A stretch of DNA of 64,000 nt from Vicinamibacterales bacterium (lineage in GTDB: Bacteria > Acidobacteriota > Vicinamibacteria > Vicinamibacterales > UBA8438), in NCBI GenBank assembly GCA_965242835.1, contig OZ251506.1, positions 13,179 to 77,178 of the forward strand, given 5' to 3'. The translations under genes were made by a program, and so were the position numbers. The notes under the pieces are model-generated. The model saw only the letters and a list, made by a program, of their open reading frames with translations. It was not told the DNA's origin and did not search any database. Within the stretch, counting starts at the first letter, position 1, and the number at the start of each line of letters is the position of its first letter. Positions 32,555 through 41,560 of the stretch are shown piece after piece.

Positions 32555-32802
32555 CCGGCGGGCGCCGAACGGAGCGCTTTCCCCGCGCCGAACGCGGCGT
32601 CGAGCCGGTCGAGGATGCACAGCCCGCCGGCGGCCGAGCCGCGGGCGGCCAGCGCGCGAAACCGCGTCTCCGCGTCATGCCGGGTGACGGCGATCGTGGA
32701 CAGCTCCTCCACGAGCCGGTTCACGCTCACGCCGCGATCACGGGCGAGCGCCTTCATGCGCGCATGGGTGTCGTCGGGCAGACGAATGGTCAGCGTCGAC
32801 AA
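32530..32802 (-). CDS. Ribbon-helix-helix (CopG/Arc-type) DNA-binding protein, antitoxin-like, orphan
   Basis: (L)STLTIRLPDDTHARMKALARDRGVSVNRLVEELSTIAVTRHDAETRFRALAARGS... The likely start is TTG at 32802 (alternative ATG at 32847). It is divergent from drmMI, and its 3' end overlaps the drmD 3' end by 25 nt. Confidence 0.6.
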   Translation of the reverse strand: MSTLTIRLPDDTHARMKALARDRGVSVNRLVEELSTIAVTRHDAETRFRALAARGSAAGGLCILDRLDAAFGAGKALRSAPAGQFDSGQR

Positions 32803-32875
32803 GCTCGGCCCTCCGCAAGCGGCACCGTCGAGGGTCAACGGTAACATACGCGCACTCGGCGGGCGACGAGCGACC

Positions 32876-35800
32876 ATGGCGAAACCGGACCCGGAAACCG
32901 CGGCGCACCTGGAATGGCTCGGCTACGTGCAGCCGACCGGGCTGGTCGTCTCGGCGGCGGCGCTGGCGCGGGCCGGGGCCGTCCTGCCCCGCCGCGACGC
33001 CGAGGGGCAGCGCCTCGTCCGGGCCTGCGCGGCCGAACGGCGCTTCGGGGCCGACGCCGAACCGCGGCCGTGGCTGCCCGACTTCCCCGCCTTCGCCCGC
33101 GCCGTGCTCGGCTGGAGCTTCGCGCCCGCGGGCTACGCCGGGACGGCCGAGCGCCCGATACCCGACGACCTCCACGTCCTGCCGCCCGACGGCGGCGCCC
33201 CCATCCGGCCGGACTGGGCGGTCGCCGAACGGGACCCGGCGGAGGGGGCCGCGCCGTGGCAACTGCTGGTGCAGGTGCTCGCCCCCGGCCGCGACCTCGA
33301 CCGCGGCGGCGAGCGGCAAGGAGCCGGCGGCGGCCGGTCCGACGACGCCCCCCACGGCCGCATGGAGCGCCTGCTGCGCGGCACCGGCGCCCCTGCCGGC
33401 CTGCTCTGCAACGGCCGCACCCTGCGGCTGGTCTCCGCCCCGCGCGGCGAAAGCTCCGGCTGGCTCGACTTCCACGTCGCCGACCTGCTGCCGACCGCCG
33501 GCCGTCCGCTGTGCGCCGCCCTGCGCCTGCTGCTCGGCGAGCCGCGCCTGCTCGCCCTGCCCCGCCGGCAGCGGCTCGCCGCCCTGCTCGCCGACAGCCG
33601 CGAGTACCAGAACACGGTCAGCGAGCGCCTGTCGCAGCAGGTGCTGCACGCCCTCTACGAGCTGCTGCGCGGGTTCCAGGCCGCGCACGACGCCAGCGGC
33701 GGCGCGCTGCTGCGCGAACCGCTCGCCGACGACCCCGACGCCGTGTACCGCGCCCTGCTCGCCGTCGTCCTGCGCCTCGTCTTCCTGCTCTACGCCGAGG
33801 AGCGGGACCTGCTGCCCGACGACGAGACCTTCCGCGGCCACTACTCGCTCGCCGGCCTCCACGAGCGCCTGCGCGAGGACGCCGCGCGGCACCCCGACAC
33901 GATGGACCAGCGCTTCGGCGCCTGGGCGCAGTTTCTGGCGCTGTTCCGCATGGTCCACGACGGCGCCCGTTGCGGCCGCCTGTCGCTGCCGCCGCGCCAC
34001 GGGGCGCTCTTCGACCCCGACGTCCACCGCTTCCTGGAGGGCCGCGCGGGGAGCGGCGCGCGGCAGGTCCACGAACGCATCGAGCCGCCGCTGGTCCCCG
34101 ACGGGGCCGTCCACCGCGTGCTGGAGCAGCTCCTCGTCCTCGGCGGCGAACGCATCTCGTACCGCGCCCTCGACGTCGAGCACATCGGCTCGGTCTACGA
34201 GACGATGATGGGCTTCCGGCTGGAGACGGCGGCGGGCCGCTCGGCCGCCGTCCGCGCCGCCAGGAAGCACGGCGCGCCGGCCACGGTGAACCTCGAAGCG
34301 CTGCTGGCGGAGGCGCCCGCGAAGCGCGCGAAGTGGATCCGCGACCGCACCGACCGCCGGCTCACCGACCGCGTGCAGCGGGCCGTGCGCGCCGCCGACG
34401 GCGTCGACGCCCTGCACGCCGCCCTCGACCCGGTCATCGACCGCCGCGCCACGCCCGACCTGGCCCCGGCCGGGGCGATGGTGCTGCAGCCGAGCGAAGA
34501 GCGGCGGCGCTCCGGCTCGCACTACACGCCCCGAGCGCTGACCGAACCGATCGTGCGGCGGACGCTCGAGCCGATCCTCGCCCGGTTGCGGGCGGAGGCG
34601 GAGCGCGAAGCGGCCGAGGCCGACGCCGGCCGACCGCGGGCCGCGCAGGACGGACGCTCGGCGGGGCCGGCCGCCGACCAGCCGCGGGCGGGGCGCGAGA
34701 CGGCCGAGGCCGACGCCGGCCGACCGCGGGCCGCGCAGGACGGGACGCCGACGGGGCCGCTTCCAGACCGGCCGCGGGCGGAGGAGGCGGGAGCGGACCG
34801 AACCGCGCGTCCGCCGCGGCCCGAGCGGATCCTCGACCTGCGGATCTGCGACCCCGCGCTCGGCTCGGGCGCGTTCCTCGTCGAAGCGTGCCGGCAGCTC
34901 GGCGACGCGCTCGTGGAATCGTGGCGCGCGCACGGCGCCGCCCCGGAGATTCCGCCCGGCGAGGACGAGGTCGTCTTCGCCCGCCGCGAGATCGCCCGGC
35001 GCTGCCTCTACGGGGTGGACCGCAACCCCCTGGCCCTCGACCTCGCGCGGCTGTCGCTGTGGCTCGTCACCCTGGCGCGCGACCACCCGCTGACCTTCCT
35101 CGACCACGCCCTGCGCCACGGCGACTCGCTGGTCGGCCTGACCCGGCGGCAGATCGAGGCGTTCCACTGGCGCGGCGACGCGCCCCGCTTCCAGGCCGGC
35201 TTCGAGACCATGCGCATCCGCGAGCGCCTGCGCGAGATCGCCGCGCTGCGCGAACGCATCCGCGAAGCCGGCGAAGCCGTCTCCGACCACGAGCGGCGCG
35301 CGTGGTGGCGCGACGCCCGCGATGCCCTCGACGCCGCCGCCGTCTTCGGCGACCTGGCCCTGGCCGCCTTCTTCGAGCGGGCGAAGCCGAAGGAGCGCGA
35401 GGCGTTGCGGCAGGAGTTCGCCGCCGCCGTCGTGCGCGGCGAGACCCCCCGCTACCGAAGCTGGCTCGAAGAGCGGCGGCACGCCGAGCCGCCGCTCGCG
35501 CCCTTCCACTGGGAGATCGAGTTCCCGGAGGTGTTCGAGCGCGAGAACCCCGGCTTCGACGCCGTCGTGGGCAACCCGCCGTTCCTGGGCGGCAAGAGAA
35601 TCAGCACGGTACTTGGCCCAACGTATCGGGACTGGCTTCCGTCCCTTCACGCCGAGTCAAGCAGCAACGCCGACCAAGTGGCCCACTTCTTCCGCCGCGC
35701 GTTCACCCTGTTGCGCGACGGCGGAAACTTCGGCCTGATCGCCACCAACACCATCGCCCAAGGCGACACCCGCTCCACCGGCCTGCGTTGGATCTGCGAG

Positions 35801-37195
35801 CACGGCGGCGAAATCTACGAAGCACGCCGGCGCGTCCCGTGGCCTCGCTTCGCCGCCGTGGTGGTGAGCGTGCTGCACGTCCGCAAGGGACAGTTCGCCA
35901 AAGTGAAGCATCTCGACGGCGAGGCGGCCGAGACGATCACCGCCTTCCTCTTCCACCGCGGCGGTCACGCCGACCCGGCACGGCTAACCGAGAACGCGGA
36001 CAAGAGTTTCAACGGAAGCTACATTCTCGGCATGGGCTTCACCTTCGACAATACCGACACGAAGGGTGTCGCTTCGTCTCTCACCGAGATGGAGCGGTTG
36101 ATCAACGAGAATCCGCGCAACCGGGAGGTCATCTTCCCCTACGTCGGCGGCGAGGAAGTGAACACCAGCCCGACGCACGCGCACCACCGTTACGTCATCA
36201 ACTTCCGCGACTGGCCGCTGCGACGGGGAAATGTCGGCGGGTCGTGGACGGACGCGCACGCCGACCGACGGGGGGAGCTTCGGCGACGCCCGACCGTGCC
36301 GCTTGATTATCCAGAACCGGTGGCAGCGGACTGGCCGGAGTTGCTGGCGATCGTGGAGGAACGGGTGAAGCCCGAGCGAGACGGCTTAAACCGAAAGCCG
36401 CTTCGTGAGCGTTGGTGGCAATACGCGGAGAAGCGCCCAAGCCTCTACGCCACCGCGGCCGGACTCGACCGCGTGTTGGTCAACTCTCAAGTCAGCACTC
36501 ATCTTCAGTTCGCCTTCGCTCCGGTGGGTCAAGTCTTTGCACATACTATCTACGTCTTCCCATTCGACACGCACGCTGCCTTCTGCGCCCTCCAGTCCCG
36601 CATCCACGAAATCTGGGCCCGCTTCTTCGCGTCCTCTTTGGGAGACGGGCTGCGCTACACACCAGTCGATTGCTTCGAGACCTTCCCCTTCCCCGAACAC
36701 TGGGAGACCCGCCCCGACCTCGAAGCCGCCGGCCGGGCGTACCACGACTTCCGCGCCGCCCTGCTGGTCGAGAACGACGAGGGCCTGACCCGAACGTACA
36801 ACCGCTTCCACGATCCGCACGAGCACGACCCGCAGATCGCCCGGCTCCGCGCCCTGCACGCCGCGATGGACCGCGCCGTCCTCGACGCCTACGGCTGGCG
36901 CGACGTCCCCACCGACTGCGAGTTCCTGCTCGACTACCCCATCGACGAGGAGGAATGGGGCGACCGGAAGAAGCCCTACCGCTACCGCTGGCCCGACGCC
37001 GTCCGCGACGAGGTCCTCGCCCGCCTGCTGGAACTCAACGCCGAGCGCGCGGAGGAGGAGCGGCTGTCCGGCGCGGCGACGAGGACGAAGGGTGGGACGA
37101 AAAGCGGCCGGCCGACGGGCCGGAAGAGCGCGCCCCACGGCGGAGCATCGCTCGCCGCGGAATCCCGGCCGCTGTGGGGCACGTCGAATGAATAA
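32876..37195 (+). CDS. drmMI: Large Eco57I/type IIG-like N6-adenine DNA methyltransferase, DISARM DrmMI
   Basis: ...RRSGSHYTPRALTEPIV...LRICDPALGSGAFLVEACRQL (motif I)...CLYGVDRNPLALDLARLSLWL...DAVVGNPPFLGGKRIS (motif IV NPPF). 1439 aa. Confidence 0.8.
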   Translation: MAKPDPETAAHLEWLGYVQPTGLVVSAAALARAGAVLPRRDAEGQRLVRACAAERRFGADAEPRPWLPDFPAFARAVLGWSFAPAGYAGTAERPIPDDLHVLPPDGGAPIRPDWAVAERDPAEGAAPWQLLVQVLAPGRDLDRGGERQGAGGGRSDDAPHGRMERLLRGTGAPAGLLCNGRTLRLVSAPRGESSGWLDFHVADLLPTAGRPLCAALRLLLGEPRLLALPRRQRLAALLADSREYQNTVSERLSQQVLHALYELLRGFQAAHDASGGALLREPLADDPDAVYRALLAVVLRLVFLLYAEERDLLPDDETFRGHYSLAGLHERLREDAARHPDTMDQRFGAWAQFLALFRMVHDGARCGRLSLPPRHGALFDPDVHRFLEGRAGSGARQVHERIEPPLVPDGAVHRVLEQLLVLGGERISYRALDVEHIGSVYETMMGFRLETAAGRSAAVRAARKHGAPATVNLEALLAEAPAKRAKWIRDRTDRRLTDRVQRAVRAADGVDALHAALDPVIDRRATPDLAPAGAMVLQPSEERRRSGSHYTPRALTEPIVRRTLEPILARLRAEAEREAAEADAGRPRAAQDGRSAGPAADQPRAGRETAEADAGRPRAAQDGTPTGPLPDRPRAEEAGADRTARPPRPERILDLRICDPALGSGAFLVEACRQLGDALVESWRAHGAAPEIPPGEDEVVFARREIARRCLYGVDRNPLALDLARLSLWLVTLARDHPLTFLDHALRHGDSLVGLTRRQIEAFHWRGDAPRFQAGFETMRIRERLREIAALRERIREAGEAVSDHERRAWWRDARDALDAAAVFGDLALAAFFERAKPKEREALRQEFAAAVVRGETPRYRSWLEERRHAEPPLAPFHWEIEFPEVFERENPGFDAVVGNPPFLGGKRISTVLGPTYRDWLPSLHAESSSNADQVAHFFRRAFTLLRDGGNFGLIATNTIAQGDTRSTGLRWICEHGGEIYEARRRVPWPRFAAVVVSVLHVRKGQFAKVKHLDGEAAETITAFLFHRGGHADPARLTENADKSFNGSYILGMGFTFDNTDTKGVASSLTEMERLINENPRNREVIFPYVGGEEVNTSPTHAHHRYVINFRDWPLRRGNVGGSWTDAHADRRGELRRRPTVPLDYPEPVAADWPELLAIVEERVKPERDGLNRKPLRERWWQYAEKRPSLYATAAGLDRVLVNSQVSTHLQFAFAPVGQVFAHTIYVFPFDTHAAFCALQSRIHEIWARFFASSLGDGLRYTPVDCFETFPFPEHWETRPDLEAAGRAYHDFRAALLVENDEGLTRTYNRFHDPHEHDPQIARLRALHAAMDRAVLDAYGWRDVPTDCEFLLDYPIDEEEWGDRKKPYRYRWPDAVRDEVLARLLELNAERAEEERLSGAATRTKGGTKSGRPTGRKSAPHGGASLAAESRPLWGTSNE

Positions 37196-37624
37196 GGCCG
37201 CCGGCGCGCCGGAAGCCAGCCCCGCGCGGCGGCGCGGCGCCGACGGCGGAATCCCGGCCGCTGTGAGGCTTGTCAAATGAATGAGGCCGGCCACCGTGCC
37301 AGAAAGCCAGCCCCGCGCGATGGCGTGGCGCTGACGGCGGAATCCCGGCCGCTGTGGGGCACGCCCGATGAAATGAGGCGCGTCCCGGCCGCCGGGGCAA
37401 GGCATCGCCGGGCGTGGCGAGGACTTCCAGATGCAGACGCGGAGACCGGGATTCGCCCGAGGCCGCCGGGGGCAAGGCATCGCCGGACGCGCGACCCTCG
37501 CGCCACCGGGCCACCGGGCAAGGCATCGCCGGGCGCGCGACGATGTCTGGATGCAGACGCCGAGACCGGGGTTCGCCTGAGCTGCCGGGGGCAAGGCATC
37601 GCGCGACCCTCGCGCCACCGGGGA
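37157..37624. repeat. Compound tandem-repeat zone: ~90-bp unit x3, then ~110-120-bp unit x2
   Basis: Unit A starts (GCGGAATCCCGGCCGCTGTG(G/A)GGC...) at 37157, 37246 and 37337. The first copy encodes the last residues and stop of drmMI. Unit B spans 37394-37515 and 37516-37624. Each copy holds two GGGCAAGGCATCGC(C/G) cores and one ATGCAGACGC(G/C)GAGACCGGG(A/G)TTCGCC block. Confidence 0.85.
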
Positions 37625-37981
37625 GATGCCGAGCGAACGGCGGGACCGCCGGCGGCGAAACGACGCCGCCCGCGATCTGGATCGTGCGCCGGGATTCCGG
37701 CGCGGGCGGCGCACCCGGAGGAGTGGCGAGACGACCCGAACGCCCGCTCCGATCCGCCCCGGCCGACACGGTCCGCCGCCGGTTGAACCGCGCGGCCGGT
37801 GGAACGATAATCCTCTGATGAACCCGACCCGGGAACCGGCGGCGATGGACCGGAAGTTCAAGCGCCCGGACTGCATCCAGGGCGTGATCACGCCTCCGGT
37901 CCGACTCGTTCCGGACGAGGACCGGTCCGTCGTCCTCGTCGCCGCCCGACGGATCGCGGGATTTCGGCCGACCAGCTGCTC

Positions 37982-38989
37982 ATGGCGAACGGCAAGCTGC
38001 TGAGACAGCTCATTCGCTCCGGCGCGGACGGAGACCTCGACGCCTTCCGCAGCGCGGCGAAGGAGGTCGTCGCCGACGAGCGCCAGAAGCAGCACCACCT
38101 GCTTGCGAACGACCTCGAGACCATTCTGTACGGGCGCGCCCGCACGCCGTCCTCGCCCGCCCTGCGGCGCCTGGCCGAGGCGATCCCGGAGGACCGCGAG
38201 CGGGGCATTCCGCTGTTGTCCCTGCGCGAACCCGTCCGCCGCATCGAAGACGTCGTGCTGTCGCGCGACAACCTGTCGCTGGTCAACGAGATCATCCGCG
38301 AGCACAATCGAGAGGAAGTGCTGAAGACCTACGGGCTGCGTCCGAGCGATCGCATCCTGTTCTGCGGGCCGCCCGGCTGCGGCAAGACGCTGACGGCCGA
38401 GGTGATCGCCAGCGAGCTCGGCCGGCCCTTCGCCGTCGTTCGCACGGACAGCGTCGTCTCGTCCTTCCTCGGCGAGACCGCCGCCAACCTCCGCAAGGTG
38501 TTCGACTTCGCCGCGGCGACACCCTCGGTCATGCTCTTCGACGAATTCGACGCCCTGGGGAAGGAACGCGAGGACGCTTCCGAACACGGCGAGCTGCGCC
38601 GCGTCGTGAACGCCGTCCTCCAGATGCTCGACGCCTACGACGGACGGAGCCTCATCCTCGCCGCCACCAACCACGAGGGAATGCTGGATTCCGCCGTCTG
38701 GCGCCGCTTCGACGAAGTGCTGTTCCTGAAGCCGCCGACCCGCGCCCAACTTTGTCGTCTGCTCGGCGTGAAACTGCGCGGCGTCCGCCGCGATTTCGAC
38801 GTTCGAGAGCTCGCGGAGCGGGACGTGCTGAAAGGCTTGACCCACGCGGACGTCGAACGCATCGTGCGGCGGGCCTTGAAGGAAATGGTCATCGAGGGCG
38901 GCGACCTGCGCCTGAACGTCGCCCACATCGACGCGGCGTTGCGCCGCGAGAGCGCGAGAAGACAGCGAGCGACAAGGCGCCGAGTGTAG
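37982..38989 (+). CDS. ietA: AAA+ ATPase, IetA-like
   Basis: Walker A ILFCGPPGCGKT, Walker B VMLFDEFDAL, and ...LILAATNH...RRFD (sensor / Arg finger region). It sits directly upstream of an S8 peptidase gene. Confidence 0.7.
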   Translation: MANGKLLRQLIRSGADGDLDAFRSAAKEVVADERQKQHHLLANDLETILYGRARTPSSPALRRLAEAIPEDRERGIPLLSLREPVRRIEDVVLSRDNLSLVNEIIREHNREEVLKTYGLRPSDRILFCGPPGCGKTLTAEVIASELGRPFAVVRTDSVVSSFLGETAANLRKVFDFAAATPSVMLFDEFDALGKEREDASEHGELRRVVNAVLQMLDAYDGRSLILAATNHEGMLDSAVWRRFDEVLFLKPPTRAQLCRLLGVKLRGVRRDFDVRELAERDVLKGLTHADVERIVRRALKEMVIEGGDLRLNVAHIDAALRRESARRQRATRRRV

Positions 38990-38993
38990 TTGA

Positions 38994-41339
38994 ATGGCCG
39001 CCCCCGAGAGCAATCACCCGCACCTGGAACTGCGGAGGGAGGAACCGGTCACCGGACGCCGCCCGCGGTCAGGATTCCCTCGCACCGAGCCGCCGGACGC
39101 CCCTCGAAGGCACGGCGAGATTCTTGGAACTCGCCTGCGAGCGGCGCGGGCGGCCGCCGGAGAAGATCTCGGCGGTACCGACGACCGACGCCTCATCAAG
39201 ATCGAGTTGACGGACAAGGTGTCGCCGGAGGAGGTTGCGAGAGCAGCGAGCGGCATACAGATCGTGAGCCAGGAGGAAGGAATGCTGATACTCGCGTTCG
39301 CTACCGACGAGCAACTCGACGGGTTCGAAGCGAAACTCGCGAGCCTCGCCGCCGGCCGTCACGTCACCTACCGTGATCTGCTTTACGCGCTTCAGGGCTT
39401 CGATCGCTGGACCCCAGAGGACAGAACCGGCTGGGCGCTGAAGCGCGACGGATTCCCCGACGCGGAATCGTTCCTGCTCGACGTGGAGCTGTGGCCGATC
39501 GAGCGCGGCAATGACCTGTCTCGGTCGCGCGCCGCTTTCGAGAGCTGGGTGGCCGGGAATAGTGGACGCGTCGTCGATTCCGTTCAACAACCGTATCTGA
39601 CAATCTACCGGATTCGGTGCGCCCGGACGTTGGCAGACGATCTGCTCCGCTATAGAGACGTCCGCCTTGTCGATCTGCCGCCGCGCATCGGCCTGGAACG
39701 GGCGCTCGTCTCCACTGACGTTCAGGAGTTGGGGGACGTGCCCGCGCCGGCGGCGGATGCTCCGGGGATCGTCGTTCTCGACTCCGGCCTCGTTGCCGGT
39801 CATCCGCTCCTTGCGCCCGCGGTCGGCGATGCGCAGAGTTTTCTCGCCGGTGAATCCGAGACCGACGAGCATGGCCACGGAACGTTCGTGTCGGGAATCG
39901 CCCTCTATGACGACATCGCCGAGTGTATTCGTAACCGGCGTTTCGTGCCGGCGTTGAGGCTGTTCAGCGGCCGAATCCTGAATGACCGGAACGAAGGCGA
40001 TCCCCGCCTTATTGAAAACCAGGTTGACGAAGCCGTCAGGTACTTTGTGGACAATTATGATTGCCGGATATTCAACCTCTCGTACGGCAATACGAACAAG
40101 CCTTATCAGGGCCGGCATGTCGCGGGTCTGGCCGTGACGCTGGACGTTCTGAGTCGGGAGCTCGACGTGCTTTTCGTCGTTCCCACCGGAAACTACAACG
40201 GTGACGACATTGGCCCCCACGACTGGCGTGCCGAATACCCGCGCTATTTGACCGGAGAGACTTCGGTGCTGCTCGATCCGGACCCGGCCTTGAACGCACT
40301 TACGGTCGGCAGCCTCGCCCGCTACGAGCGGGGAGCGCCGAACCAGCGCTGGCCGGATGATCCCGCCTACCGTCCGGTCGCCGGATCGGATCAACCGTCG
40401 CCGTTCACCAGACGCGGACCATCGGTGAACGAGGCCATCAAACCCGATTTGGTGGACTACGGCGGAAATATGCTGGTCGATGTTCGTACCGGCTCGATGG
40501 CCGGACGCCAAGGCGTAGGAGAGTTGTCGGCCTCGCACGAATTTGCCACCGGTGGCTTATTCAGGGAGGACTCCGGCACGAGCTTCGCCGCGCCGCGCAT
40601 CGCGAATGCCGCCGCGCGAATCCTTGGGGAAACGCCTGGAGCAGGCGTGAACCTCTGCCGGGCCCTGCTGGTTTCCCACGCCCGTACGCCGGCGGCTTGC
40701 GCCAATCTGTTCACCACTAACAAGAATGCGCTTCGCAATCTGACCGGCTACGGTTTGGTCGACCGATCTGCGATCTATCGATCGATGGAGAACCATGTTA
40801 CGCTCTGGGCCGAGGAGTCGATAGAGGATCGTCATCATAATTTCTACGAAATACCGGTTCCCGATGAATTCTGGTCGGGGGGCAGGCGGGAACGAGAAGT
40901 GACCATAGCTCTCGCGTTCCGCCCGCCTGTGCGAACCACGAGAATTGACTACCGGGCGGTTGCCATCAGCTTCAAATTCATCCAGGCGGGCTCACTTGAT
41001 GAAGTTGCACGGTCCTTCAACGTCGCTGTTGACCGGGACACTGCCCCGAACATCAAGGAGCGTGATTCCGGGCGACGCATTTCGGAGACGGATCGGTCGC
41101 GCGGCACGGTGCAGGCGTCCACATGGAAGTTCGAGCAGCCCTCCAGGGCGACGCGTGAAAGTTCCTGGTTCGTAGTGGTCACCCGCAACGATCCTGCCTG
41201 GGGCGCGAACCTGTCATCCGAGCGGGAACCGTATGCCCTCACAGTTGTCCTCGCCGACCGCTTCGCCGAACAACCGCGACTGTACACGCGAATCGAAGCG
41301 CGACTCCGCGAACGGATTCGGGTGAGGAGAACGCGATGA
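38994..41339 (+). CDS. ietS: Subtilisin-like S8 serine peptidase, IetS-like
   Basis: Catalytic triad contexts: VVLDSGL (Asp), DEHGHGTFVSG (His), DSGTSFAAPRIA (Ser). 781 aa with no signal peptide. Confidence 0.75.
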   Translation: MAAPESNHPHLELRREEPVTGRRPRSGFPRTEPPDAPRRHGEILGTRLRAARAAAGEDLGGTDDRRLIKIELTDKVSPEEVARAASGIQIVSQEEGMLILAFATDEQLDGFEAKLASLAAGRHVTYRDLLYALQGFDRWTPEDRTGWALKRDGFPDAESFLLDVELWPIERGNDLSRSRAAFESWVAGNSGRVVDSVQQPYLTIYRIRCARTLADDLLRYRDVRLVDLPPRIGLERALVSTDVQELGDVPAPAADAPGIVVLDSGLVAGHPLLAPAVGDAQSFLAGESETDEHGHGTFVSGIALYDDIAECIRNRRFVPALRLFSGRILNDRNEGDPRLIENQVDEAVRYFVDNYDCRIFNLSYGNTNKPYQGRHVAGLAVTLDVLSRELDVLFVVPTGNYNGDDIGPHDWRAEYPRYLTGETSVLLDPDPALNALTVGSLARYERGAPNQRWPDDPAYRPVAGSDQPSPFTRRGPSVNEAIKPDLVDYGGNMLVDVRTGSMAGRQGVGELSASHEFATGGLFREDSGTSFAAPRIANAAARILGETPGAGVNLCRALLVSHARTPAACANLFTTNKNALRNLTGYGLVDRSAIYRSMENHVTLWAEESIEDRHHNFYEIPVPDEFWSGGRREREVTIALAFRPPVRTTRIDYRAVAISFKFIQAGSLDEVARSFNVAVDRDTAPNIKERDSGRRISETDRSRGTVQASTWKFEQPSRATRESSWFVVVTRNDPAWGANLSSEREPYALTVVLADRFAEQPRLYTRIEARLRERIRVRRTR

Positions 41340-41560
41340 CGGATTCCGCCCGCCGCCGTTACTGTCGGTACTGCCGGTTCACCATTGCCGTTCATGGGAA
41401 GTTGGCCGTGGCGTGTGTCCGGGCGGTCGGGGACGACGGCGTCGTCTACGAGGGGCAACTGAGCAACGAGCAGACCGGCGAGTATCACGGCTACCCGATG
41501 AAGAAGGGCGACGGCTTCGCCGGCTTCATCGGCGAGGAGTGGGAAAGGCGCGGAACATGA
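41336..41560 (+). CDS. Hypothetical 74-aa protein
   Basis: The start overlaps the ietS stop (ATGA). Sequence: MTDSARRRYCRYCRFTIAVHGK...GEYHGYPMKKGDGFAGFIGEEWERRGT. I recognise no family. Confidence 0.45.
   Translation: MTDSARRRYCRYCRFTIAVHGKLAVACVRAVGDDGVVYEGQLSNEQTGEYHGYPMKKGDGFAGFIGEEWERRGT

Noticed and set aside
29072-32620. A 1182-aa minus-strand ORF antisense to drmD. Similar giant antisense or out-of-frame ORFs occur elsewhere, for example 290..2323(-), 21025..22752(-), 22334..23917(-), 32738..35650(-), 32914..36306(+), 52192..56235(+), 53678..56320(-), 55614..58151(-) and 61586..63091(-).
   Set aside because: Their translations are Arg/Pro/Ala/Gly-rich low-complexity strings with no motifs, as expected for stop-poor alternative frames in very GC-rich DNA. 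In each case the other frame or strand carries a protein with clear family motifs.
37157-37420. The three ~90-bp units after drmMI considered as a second CRISPR-like array.
   Set aside because: The inter-repeat segments are themselves similar to each other (for example ...GCCAGCCCCGCGCG...), the period is ~90 bp and the repeat overlaps a CDS end. This is a tandem repeat, not a repeat-spacer structure.
37277-37786. A 169-aa ORF, with overlapping ORFs on both strands, in the drmMI-ietA gap.
   Set aside because: It lies entirely within the tandem-repeat zone and is Arg/Pro/Gly-rich with no motifs. It is most likely non-coding.
41336-41560. The 74-aa protein considered as a microbial RNase-like toxin because of the EYHGYP motif (compare the YxEYP / YHEY strings of T1/Sa-type RNases).
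   Set aside because: The resemblance is a single short string. The protein is too short, and the catalytic Glu position is Gly here. I left it as hypothetical.
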